A stretch of 64,000 nucleotides of DNA from Takakia lepidozioides. Its lineage: Eukaryota > Plantae > Bryophyta. Positions within the stretch are counted from its first letter, which is position 1. Each line of letters opens with the position of its first letter. Positions 12,704-24,100 of this stretch are shown here, piece after piece. The translations under genes were made by a program, and so were the position numbers. The stretch spans positions 20,398,001-20,462,000 of the forward strand of contig CM060733.1 in NCBI GenBank assembly GCA_030704615.1, given 5' to 3'. The notes under the pieces are model-generated. The model was given only the letters and a program-made list of their open reading frames with translations, had not been told where the DNA came from and made no database searches.

Positions 12704-13079
12704 TGTTGGAGTGCCAAGGTTATAGCCCTTGCACGGCGCTTTAAGAGCAGAACGGGATGGGTAGCTTGTGGTAGAGCACCCCACCAGAATGGGGGAGGTC
12801 CTAGGTTCAATCCCTAGCTCGACCACACGGCAGCGGTTTTCCAACATGGTATTAGAGCCAAGGTTGAGGCGGTGGTCAGAATGGGTGGGCATTAGCTATA
12901 AGGGCTATGCCTTGAGGGGGAGTGTTGGAGTGTCAAGGTTATAGCCCTTGCACGACACTTTGAGATTAGAATAGGATGGGTAGCTTAGTGGTAGAGTAGC
13001 TTAGTGGTAGAGCACCCCATCGGAAAGGGGGAGGTCCTGGGTTCAATCCCTAGCCCGACCACATGCCAGTGGTTTTCCA
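12704..13079 (+). mobile_element. TRIM (non-autonomous mini LTR retrotransposon) with tRNA-derived LTRs, Helenus/TRIMp3-like
   Basis: 5' LTR 12704-12846 (TGTTGGA...TCCAACA), PBS TGGTATTAGAGCCA 12847-12860, about 50-bp spacer, PPT GAGGGGGAG 12914-12922, 3' LTR 12923-13079. Each LTR carries an A-box-like TAGCT(C/T)AGTGG (one base deleted in the 5' LTR), a B-box GGTTCAATCC and a TTTT terminator. Confidence 0.9.
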
Positions 13080-13140
13080 GTGTGTACTGTAAGTTTTGTG
13101 TCTTGTTTGCTGTTGTGAATAGAAAAGAGGTCTGAGAATA

Positions 13141-13214
13141 TACTTTCTATTTCTCTCACATGTGGACATGGTTGCAATACTTTCTATTTCTCTCACATGT
13201 GGACATGGTTGCAA
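13141..13214 (+). repeat. 37-bp tandem duplication
   Basis: TACTTTCTATTTCTCTCACATGTGGACATGGTTGCAA x2. Confidence 0.9.
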
Positions 13215-13267
13215 GTGCTTGATTGTTCACAGTATATTAGTGCTGTTCACGCTTTGTAGACTGGCCA

Positions 13268-13764
13268 ATGTATGCCAGGGCCTCATGCAACTTCCATGGT
13301 TGTGAATGGTATAGTAGTCTTTCCCTCCAACTGGAAGGTGCAGGGGAAGAGGAAAGAACTTCATATGGACAAATCTGTTTGTTGTTTCGAGCCAATGTGC
13401 ATACTGCGGACACTATCTGCAAAGTCACAAAGAATTGACTCTTATAAGGATGTATCTTTCCCTCCAACTGGAAGGTGCAGGGGAAGAGGAAAGAACTTCA
13501 TATGGACAAATCTGTTTGTTGTTTCGAGCCAATGTGCATACTGCGGACACTATCTGCAAAGTCACAAAGAAATTGACTCTTGTAAGGATGTATCAACATG
13601 TTAGATTCAATCAGACAGTAGATTGTCCGGAACTTCGGTGGTCACAGTCAAAAATTTCTAGTTCCTTCATAGTGGTAGATACACACTCGATTCTGAGGGC
13701 TGTGCATGTTATTCCTCATTTTATGAGGGATGACAACTTTTTTGTCAATACCTTCAAGTTTTGA
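13268..13764 (+). pseudogene. C-terminal remnant of a Plavaka-like transposase, containing a 137-bp tandem duplication (13318-13592)
   Basis: Translates as YARASCNFHGCEWYSSLSL...SYGQICLLF...LVRMY...DCPELRW...VVDTHSILRAVHVIPHFMRDDNFFVNTFKF*. This resembles the C-terminus I recall for Plavaka transposases (RAxxxFHxxxWxS...HxIPxF...xFVNxFxF). Confidence 0.6.
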
Positions 13765-16268
13765 ACAACTATGTAGTCATGTCCAATTTCATGATAGAAT
13801 CACAGCACATGATCATGAAACAAACATTAATGTGGTTTGGAAGATTGGTGTGTGCAGTCGCTCTAAAGCACATGTTCGATCTCTTTTTTCGATCTCGTGC
13901 ATTGAGCAGTCTAAGTTTTTGGTGTTGGGCTTCCTAGTAGTGGGATAGCGTTTGACATGTTTGGTCGCCTCTAGTGTTTGCATAGATGCCCATGTCTGTA
14001 ATGGGCAGCAGAGTTTGGTAGTTGCTATAGAGCAGCGGGGGATGGGAGGGTGGAATCAGTAGCCTTGTGGATTGTGAACTGGGTCTGCTTTTTATGGTCC
14101 GTAGGGGCAATGGTCAAGTGGGCTACCTGCATTTTGACACGGCCAAAGCATCTGAGGCAGCTCTGGGCAAAGCTCTCTTTCTGAAGCTTACAAGAGTGGC
14201 TTGGTGAGACGTGAATAACTATTTATGTGTGGGGATAGGGGGAGTGAGGGGGGGGGCATGCGTGTGATTATGTTTCTCCAGATTTTCTTAGGAAAGGAAT
14301 GATTCATAAAATCACCTCCAAGTCAATGCTCTTGTATAACCAGATGAATGCCCTTGACCATTGACAGAGCTCAGTCATGAATAGACTACTATTTAAACAA
14401 TATCTCCAGCTTCTCTCTCTCGTCATCTTTCTTGCTTACTCGCATGCTCTTTCACCAGTCACGTCTAAGAAACACTAATGTCCAGCCAACTGAAGGGCAA
14501 TAAGCACAACTTTGAAAAAGAAAACACAATCTCTTCCACAGATGGAGGATGGAGAATGGAGAATGAACAGCTTTGTCTGGCACACAAATAAAAAGGGGCA
14601 TTTCACGATTGAAGGTTTGCTTGGTGACAAAAAGTAGGGTAGTGCACCCTCACAACTCGACGGTGGCACAAGATCTATAGGGCACACTTGGGCAGAAGTC
14701 AACATGCTGGTGTAAATCTAGCACCTGAGTTTGAAATTTGCCACTCGCTCCTTGTCTTTTTGTTTTGTACAGCTGCCAACCAGCTTCAAGCATGCCCTTT
14801 GTGCTGCTCAGACAACTACTCCAGTGCCGTAGCAAATGCTTCTAGCTGCAACCCATGCACCTGCATTCACTGGTACTTGTCAACCGTAACCTCTGTATAC
14901 CATCCCTGCCACCTGTGCAATGTGCCTTCACACTAGACGTGCAACCTGCACAACACTACCAGTTGAATGATGTCAACCAAACAGATAAGAAAGATGTGAT
15001 GGAATACCCTTGAAAGACTACAATATAAAGCATTCGTGCTAGTTACTGCTCTGACTTCTGCAAAATGTCTTGAGCTTCACACTGGAAGTGCCTGATTCAA
15101 GCAGCTGTACTACCCCTGCTTCCAGTTGATCATTTACCCATGGAGGCTTCTTGTAGCCATCAATCCATAGAGTGTCATTGGTACTCTTGTACTTGAAATC
15201 TGGTCCCCTAGGATGGATCTGCACCCTTAGTTCATTCCTGCCTTCCTCAGCTATCCTTGCCTCCACAACAGAACTGCATAGATCCCCTGACAAAAACAAC
15301 TGTGAGCAAACCACCCCTACCGACCAAATACTACCTCCCATCCCAAATTGGTGGCAGGACTGCAGAAAAGTGTATGAGAAGGGAGAAAGAGAATGTCATT
15401 GCCAGTGTAGGCTCCAGCTTAGCCATATAGGACTAATCCCTCCTGGAGTGCTGAACTTTCCAGGTCGGTAGTGGGCTTTCAACCCACCAGGGTATAGAGA
15501 AGTATGCAAAATAGTCTCACTGCCAGTCCACACCCAACTGAACAACCTGACAACCAGGGATGCAGTGTCCACTTAAATCCGGTATTGACATCCACAGGGG
15601 TCGACAGAGATTGGCCAAGGAACAAAATGGTGTGTGGGGGGGTTGAGAGCCGAGAGAGATAGAGAGAGACCCTCATCATTACCATTAATTTTCCCAGAAC
15701 TTTTGTCAAAGCATTTTGTTGTCTGCTTCTGCTGTAAGATAGCGAGAAATCACCTTATTACCTCAATTATCCCTCCACTGACTAGAGTCTGCAGGATACT
15801 TGTTCCAAATCTTCTCCACGTCTATAATTCGGCTTTTTGGACAACTCCATCTGTGGCCTCCTTGCTCATTCCCCCCTCCATAAGGTTCCTCTGCTCTCCA
15901 TTGCCTAGCCATGGATATCCAACTGTTTTAACTCAAATCTCAATGCAACGCGGATCGAAGACTGCACAGTGTTCCCCAACAGAGTGTACAGGCCACCCCT
16001 TTTTGAATCTCTTAGGACAGGCTAGCAAGCAGTATAGCCCAGGGGAAGCATGTCAAGCCACCCCAGGCCTCCTCCAGAACATGTCGGAGGACACCCCGGT
16101 GGCTTATGACTGCTCCTTCCCATTACAATTTGCCACATCTATCTTTCGAAAGAGGAGCGAGAGAGGGAGTCGACAACAAGTCTTCTCACACTTGTGGGGA
16201 TGTGAGAAAATCTGGAGAGAGATGGGACAGACAGATACAATAAAGCTGAGGGGGAGAAAAGAATATAA

Positions 16269-16606
16269 TGTACTCATAAGACGTTATTTGCCATAGCCTT
16301 GTGATGATTGACTCCACGCCCCCTTTTAGCGGAACACAAAGGCACAGAAACTACCTTTGTCAGGGGCTGACGCCAGTAGTATGAGTTACCTTGGAACAGA
16401 CTGATCCTCGAGTTTCCAGATATCCTCTAGAAATCCATTTTTTACAAGCATCAATCTACTGTGTGTGATTTGCCCAATAACTGGGCCCCAAAAAGGCCTG
16501 GGCTTTTGGCTCAGCCTCGAGATTTTCAAAGTTAGTAAACAGAGGTACAGGAACAAATTTCTTGATGGAGAAAAATAGAATGTACTCATGTTGTTTGCCG
16601 TGGCCT
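16269..16606 (-). mobile_element. Two 5'-truncated 3' ends of the RTE-X-like LINE family (about 300 bp plus an approximately 30-bp tip)
   Basis: Highly similar to the 3' ends at 37952-38250 and 60856-61150 (TGTACTCATAAGACGTT...GATATCCTCTAGAAATC...GGCTTTTGGCTCAGCC). A second tip TGTACTCATGTTGTTTGCCGTGGCC lies at 16581-16605. Confidence 0.85.
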
Positions 16607-17423
16607 GGAGGAAATAATAGAAACTGAAGGACAGGGTAAGTACCTTCTCAGGCCAAAATTGAGTAACAGAGATGATGTAGAGGGGGTTTTACTGACCGAA
16701 CCAGGGGCAGCGCCTGCTTGCCAGAGGTTATGAAACGATCCACATCTCTGCAAACCAATGCCCAAAACCAAAATCACGTAGACTCCGTCCTTCCTCTGAC
16801 TGGTCTGTAATATGCCAAAAACCCCTTGCTACCTACACCACATTTGTCTGCATCTCCAAATCCCCTAGCAAGTTACCTCTTCAAGTCTTCACAGCTGAAG
16901 GCCAAATGTAAGATGCAACAACAAGCAAATTAAGCTAACCTGGCTAGTTGGCAAAATTGGATATGATCACATATTCCTTGACTTCCAGCGGAGCTCCGAG
17001 CCCTACAGCAGCACAAGCTCATGCAGTCCTGTTTCAATGCCAACTTGCTTACTGTCGATTTTTGCGTTTTCCACCTCCTCGGTGAAAAACGGTAATACGC
17101 CCTGATGAATTTATCGAATACATACGGACATGTAGAAAGTTGAATGAACACTTCAAGCTTGCTGAAAAAAAAAGATGTGTCTGTAATACATCATCATTGT
17201 CTTTTCAATCTCTTTGCCAAGTAGGCACAATTACAATGTTGGGTCAATGCCAAGCACGAGGAGATAGCAATGATTTGTCAGTAATAAAATACATGTTTGT
17301 TCCATGGCCATTGACAATGTGCCAACTAAGCCCACCCCCAAACGGGCCAGTAGTCGTGAGAGGAGTGGCTCTTAGTTACGCCGGATTTCGGCCGGAGACT
17401 GAAGATGATGAAACCTTGTACAG

Positions 17424-18100
17424 TTTTTTTTTTTTTTTTTTTTAAAGGAAAGGGAACTGAGCCCTTTTAATCAAATTGAGAAACGAGGAAAAAATAATCT
17501 CGTGGAGGCCATTAGGCGTTACAATGGGGGGAACCTCCCTAAGCACCACTATGGGGAGCTAAAAAAACCAGTCATGGTTTACTGAGTGAATCAGCAGCTT
17601 GGAAAACCAGACCTTAGAACCACGCACTTGCGCATAAATCTAAGAAAGAGGGTTCTACCATCTATGCCTGAAGCGAAACAGAGCCCCACAACGGGGAGCT
17701 AAGAGACCAGTCATGGTAAAGCTTTATTTACAAACTGATATGAGGTAACTGTACAAAGGATGGAAAGTTCCCATAGCAATGGAAGAGTTAACATAAAGAA
17801 ATGAAAAATAAAAACGTACATAACTGAAGTAGCACTGTTTCTCAATGTTGTTGTGTTAGCACTGAGTAGGTCCCTGGTCAGGGGGGGTCCAAATGTTAGA
17901 TGACAGCTTACCATGTCAAGTCAAATGGTTTAATAGGCCGGTCCGACGTTGGTCCAACAGCAATATGACCAATGTAATGTGGAGGCTTAAGGGCAAGCCT
18001 CCGAGTACCGAAATGAGCCCCACCATGAGGCCGAGTGGTGGGCCGAGTGTAGGTAATCCCCCGATACAAGGAGGCTTACCATAGGGACTGTTGTAATGCA
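17424..18100 (-). mobile_element. Probable 3' end of a poly(A)-tailed (L1-type) retroposon
   Basis: T20 at 17424-17443 is a poly(A) tail on minus, preceded on that strand by ATTAAAA. A Trp-rich degenerate frame lies upstream. No TSD was identified and the 5' boundary is approximate. Confidence 0.45.
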
Positions 18101-21100
18101 CTGGCCAGACTGGCGCATAAATAAATTATAGGACTCTGATCACTGGGACAGCCTTGGGCGGTGGATTCACAGGTTCAACCCTTAAGTGTCAAACCGACCC
18201 GTTTTGGGTTGATCAGGTTTCTTTAACCATCCAATTCTTACTGGGGTTAACTCTAATTTGAGTCAAATTAAGCTCATTAGGTGAGACAAAAATTCTTACA
18301 CACAATAGCATTGACCAATCTTCAAAAAAAAAATATATACATGGAGTGAGACCCCCCAATCCGGGGCTAACTCAGCTTTTTTTGGCATATTTTGGCCGAG
18401 TCATCTTGCCCGAGTTGCTTACATGGCAACCACGGTCACCGGTTTCCTTCGAGGGAAAAAAGCTTATACATAGTTCTTCACGAATCAACAATATACCTGG
18501 CCCAGGGTCGATATGATGCTGGGCATGTGGGAAGTGTGCAATGGTTGGTCGGTTGTCCAACTTGGAATCGCGGGCGTTGCTAAAGCGGGCGAGCAGCCGC
18601 GATAGTGCAAAACAGCCAAAATGAAGCGATCCAAATAATTATAGACGGAATTACAGGCCAGTCATCGCGACTCTTCTGCGCGCATTCATTTCAACCCCAT
18701 TCAATGCGCGCTCTTACTCTGGCGCTAATTATGTGGCGCCAAACCCCGCCCTGCCATTGGGCTGCCTCTAGCCCATAGCCGTGCCCTGCCGCATACGGTG
18801 CCTGCTACGCTCCTCTCCGATACCCGTCGCCGCATCAACGCCAAGCGTAGAGCACTGTAGAGGAAGGGAGGGAGAGAGAGGGGAAGGTGCGAGGGGCACA
18901 GAGGGGGCGGCCAAATTTACGGTGCAGAGGGAAGTGATAAGATAAGATAATTTCCTACTGCTCAACAATTCAATTCCTTGTTCTCTGCCTGCACCGCTGA
19001 GGTTTTTGTTGTCGTTTCTATAGTCTTAATATCCAACGCTGAAAGGCCAATGGACAGTTGAAGGATTGAACCCAGGATCAGCCAGGTTATGCACAGGCAG
19101 GGCACAAATACACAACCAGTGGGGTAAGTACCTGGTCGAGTGCGAGAGAGAGAGAACGGTAAGAGCGGCAGGGAGAGCTGTGGCATACTGACAGAGAGCT
19201 TCTGGCACGCACGCGTGCGCGCAAGAAGAGTAGTAAACAGAGGAGAGAATAGTTTTGTGAGTCGAGCAAGTGATTGAGGCGGACTGACACCTCCATGCCC
19301 TGTCGCTCTCGGCGCCAGCCCCGTCTCTCTGCGCTGTGGCGCTGAGCCACAGAGTGTTGTACTACTATTCGTATGTGACTAACTATAGAGAGTCGTGCCT
19401 GTATGCTTAAGCTACTCTGCAGCTTTGACCAAGGGAGCGGAAGCAGAACCGGCCGGAATTGAAACTTTCACCCCCGTAGTTACAGCGAGTCTTGCTCCCT
19501 TCAGCTTTGTACTTTCTACAGCTTTCTCTCAGGATTTGAAACAAATTACGTAACGACTCCTTCCATTTCTGTGTCGATCGTATGATCCTTCAACTTATTG
19601 CTCGTTGTAGGCTGTCAAGGGACGCAGTGGTCCCAACTTCCCAGTTGCTGAGCTAAACTGAGCCTTACTGACACACCGGTCTCCCAGCTGGACTCTCTCG
19701 AGTCCCAGCCGTTGCTTAGCCTCTGCGCAGGGACATACGGCTCCATCACCATTGACTCGTTTTGAGTGTGCTTCATCAAGCCTGCATTGCTCTGCTCGTC
19801 CAACTTTCGTTTCCAACTTCAGAGTTCAACTCGGCGGAGTTGCTGTACGGCTGTGCCGCATGAAATCTTCAGTCCGTTATTACGAGCTTCATGCTCTCGA
19901 TGTTTTGCAAGGCTCCGGACTTGATATCATTGTGCTCTCTAGATCAAAAGTACTGGTTTGCAAGTCTTCTCAAGCAGGATTCCAGAATCGATGTTGTTGA
20001 CTGTCTCCGAAAGAAGTCTCTGCAGCAAATAGTTGCCAACAAGCTATCTCCGCAATTGATCCCTGGTTTCGCTATTCGGCCTCTCTAAGTCTTTGTACAA
20101 TCTGCGGGCCCAATGTCCAAGTCCCGGGGGAACCATCTATGACCATTTCGCATTCGTTCGGAGGCTGGTGAGCATTTAGGTGGTGGCCAGCATTTCAGTC
20201 CAATGAGCATCAGGTATCTTTTCAAGTCTTTTTGTGATTCACCACCATTTGTGAAGGCGGGGGTGGTTAGCGCCGGGAAACAGGAGCTCGGTGTTTCTAG
20301 ATATTGATGGCCATGTTAGGAGTCTGGTCAGTAGCAATTTGGCATCAAAGTGACCCTGGAAACGGTCTGTTCAATCTTCTTGATACACCACTCTCTGCAG
20401 ATCGACTTCCCAAAAGTGACAAGTACAGAGGTACTAGCTATAGCTATAGTCCGGGTAACTTCAAAGCTGTCGTCGGTTTGTAAGTCACTGCAGGGAAGCT
20501 TTTCACAGGAAAGCTAGAAAACATCCTCTCAACGTGTGACTCGTCTTCGAATAAAATTGTGCAATAGAATCTAGCCAACGCTCCCATACAATCCAGTTCC
20601 CATGGAATCATCGTTAGTTGGTGTGAATCTATAAAATGTTGTAACTATTGAGTTAGAGCTCAAGCTTATGCCTGTGAAAGATGTTGTATAGAACCTTTGA
20701 TTGTCAAAGTAAGGATTCTTGCTACGCGCTTCGAAGCTCACGGAATAACATCTCCGTGGGATCTGCTCAGATTAGGCCTAAGGCTTGAGGTGCTTGAACC
20801 TTTGGTGCTTGAAAATGAAATGACAGGAATATGACTGCGCTTGCTCTTAGGCAGGTGCCTTCTTAGTGAACTAATCCTTTGTTCCTAAGGTGTTTATCTT
20901 GATCAGGCTCTAGAGCTGGCGATTCCGATCTCTCTTTCGGTCACTTCATGCACTTGTTGGTGTCAGCGAGTATCTAATTAACTCTGCATGGCGATGTTTG
21001 TCGACAGCTTTATTTCAGTTTGGTGTGGATCTGAGATGACCACTCGAATCCTTATGTCCAAGACCTCTAACAAGGAGAAGTTCTTTGCCACACGCTTTCC

Positions 21101-21193
21101 CTCTGTTCACCCCGGGAGCCGATAACAGTGAAGCTTCGTTTGCTATACCAGGTTCGGTCCAGAACAACCAAACGGTCTCTTGAGTCAGTCTAT

Positions 21194-24100
21194 ATGGCAT
21201 ATATGGCCCCTCCCTCAGACCAATCATCTTTGTCTGGAAACTTCAAGGGACTTGGTGGATCAGGCTACATGCAAAGTTCTCCCAAGAGTGGGGTGTTGTC
21301 GCCCTCTCAATTGCCAGTCATCTCTCCCAGCAGTAACGGAATGCCCTCCTACTGCACCTCCGTGGTCTCTGAGGGACAGACATCCCTTTATGCAAGGACT
21401 CATGGAAACAGCCCTTCCTACCAAACGGCTGGGTCACCTTCGGGCTGGCAGACTTCAAATATGCATGGTCTTGAGAATTCCATGCAAGGGACCAGTGGAG
21501 CGTCAATTGAGCATTCACTTTCTTCTCTCCACAACTCTGACTGCAACATCAACAGAGGGAGTATCTCTAAGAATCCAGTCTCTTCTCCAGAATTGCTTGG
21601 TTCTGCAATGGCGAGTGGAGAATGGCAACAGATCATGGACTCCAACATGCACTTTTCACACCCCATGGTCTCCTTGCTCACCACATCAGGCAACCCTGTC
21701 TCATATCCATCTCGAAGAGGCAACCGGGGGGGGATGCTAGACGGGTCCATAATGCAGGAGATTACTGGGAGGTTGGGTGGCAACCTTTCCGGCAAGGGTG
21801 TGCCTCCTCTGGGATTGTCCCATGCAGCAGGGCGTCAGCGTCTTGCCTCGGGGCACCCGATGGAGAAGCCTCCAACGACGGGGAATAGTTGGAGCGCCAT
21901 GAATGCAGCTAGCAATCTTGGCCTCACTATGGACTCTTCAAAAGGCCTTGCCACGTCCCACTGCCTGGCGCAATTCTCGTCAGATCCAGGATTTGCTGAA
22001 CGAGCAGCAAAATTTTCATCCTTTAGCAACAGCAATTACTCCCAGCTCTCCAGGCCTTCACATCCTTTGACTGAGGGGGGAAAGTCACGCACAGTATCTG
22101 GAGCACCCCAGCCAGCGGACAACGATGGCAATCATTCCAAGTCTTCCAGCTGTTCCCGCCTTGTAATTCTTGGGGCTAGTACTGGGGCTGCGGGAGTCTC
22201 CACTGGGAAAAAGGCAAAGACCGCGGAGGATGCAAATGACAGTGACGGGAGGGAGGGTGATGACCCTAAGCCTGACGGATCTGCAAACTTTCAATCTTTG
22301 GAAGCCATTGAGGGAGATACTGGTGCGGTTACGAAGGAGTATGATGAAACGAAGGAATGTGATAAAGCGGATGGCCTAGACACTTCATCTTGTCATGAGC
22401 AAGTTGACGGAGCTGGGAGTTCTCAGGGTGCACAAAGTGGGATTGTATGTCTCGGGAAGCGGAAGATTTCACCTGAGGAGAAAGGCAAGGATACCTCTGG
22501 TACTGTAGCTTCCCCTGGTGCAACAGATGGAAAGGTATTCGCTTCATCCTGGGCAAGAATCTCCTGAAACAGCCAACCTTGATAGTGTGGTTCATTTTGC
22601 AGTTGCTGATGCAAGGCTTGCTCAAAGTTGCTGCCCTTCCGGTCTGCCCCTATTTTTTCTCCCGCCTTTTTTCTATCCTTCATTCGTGTTGCTTGATGGA
22701 TTTTTTCTTGTTTCCCTTGCATTCCTTTGGCCTTGCGTCCAATTTCAGAGGTCCTCTGTGGAGGGAATGCTAGATGGTAGACTTCTGACTCTTGAATGTG
22801 AAATGCCTTCTGAGGTTGGCCATTTCTTCCAATGCAGGTTTTGGAAAGTGATGAGGCAAAAGCAAAACGCCACAAGGGTGGGGAAGGCAGCAAGGAGAGA
22901 GAGGATGTGAAGCCTAAGGCAGAGAGGACCTTCAGTGAAAATTCAGGAGACTCCAGCCCCAGCTCAATGAAAGAGAGCCCTAAGCCACAGGAGCCACCTA
23001 AGCAAGACTATATTCATGTGCGTGCAAGAAGGGGGCAAGCGACCGACAGTCATAGCCTTGCTGAGAGGGTAACGTATATTCAATAGCAAAACTCACTTCC
23101 TGATGGTTAGTTTGTCGTGAAGGCTATCCCGCCCAGTATGTATCCTGCAGACTGCAAGTTCATGATTTTAGGCAATTTGAAGATTCTTCAATCATCTATG
23201 TCCACATTTTTTCCCAGTTTCCTTTCTTTCATCTACCTCGTGACTCTGCATCAGTTTTAGCTCATTTCCGTGTGTGCATATATATATGTATAAATATGAT
23301 TCATGAAGATGGTGATAGAATGTAGTGGGCCTTCTGAATTCTAAAAATGGTTGTTGGATGTGCTTGTGGCTGCCAGGTTCGCAGGGAAAAAATAAGTGAA
23401 CGCATGAAGTTTTTGCAAGATCTTGTGCCAGGCTGTAGCAAGGTGCATATCTAACAGACAAGATCTAGGACTGAGTTGATGGTTTGATGTCTGCCTTAGT
23501 TTCCCTCATCTTCTTCCTTGCATCATGACAATGTAGATATGTTGCAGGTTAACTGAGCACTAGTACTGAGCCTTTTTTGGTAACTGAACCATCTGCAGGT
23601 TACAGGGAAGGCTGTGATGCTGGATGAGATAATAAACTATGTTCAATCTCTTCAACGTCAAGTGGAGGTACATTTATCTCACTGCTCCTGCCACTTGGTT
23701 TCCATAACAATCTGCATTTGTACTTTGTGCCTATTGCTGGTTGACAAGGATCTGCAGCAAACAGCTCTCTAGAAACAGTGATCGGTTTACTTGGATAGAA
23801 TAATCAAAGTATACCACCCTTACCTTAGACTTACCATTTGCTGGTTCTATGCAGTTACTGTCCATGAAGCTGGCAGCTGTGAATCCTCAAGTGGACATCA
23901 ACTTGGACAATTTTCTCACCAAAGAGGTGTGATAGCATGCACTCTTATAATTGTTGCCCTGTTGAGTGGTGGTGGTTATAGGACTGGGAAGTGATTAAAT
24001 AGGACCCCATGTCATCAGGCAAGTTGGTATACTTTGCTTCATTTATCATTCTTTGCAATTTCAACTGTTTGTACAAGAGTGGCTTTAGTCAAGTTTCATT

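Noticed and set aside
12510-13060. Three apparent tRNA genes
   Set aside because: Acceptor stems are mismatched, the anticodon loop is non-canonical, and all three lie inside TRIM LTRs. They are tRNA-derived promoter sequences, not functional tRNAs.
13141-13592. Repeats considered as a CRISPR-like array
   Set aside because: Two-copy tandem duplications without spacers in a eukaryotic context.
15039-16250. ORFs of 100-220 aa, including ...RVQIHPRGPDFKY...LWIDG
   Set aside because: No recognisable domain or splice structure; probably decayed repeat or pseudogene sequence.
17390-17430. CTGAAGA...GAAAC resembling a minimal hammerhead ribozyme core
   Set aside because: Stem II cannot form and stem I would rely on the adjacent poly(T); likely chance.
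19180-19280. TGACAGAGAG resembling miR156/529
   Set aside because: The match is too short and there is no complementary star arm or hairpin.
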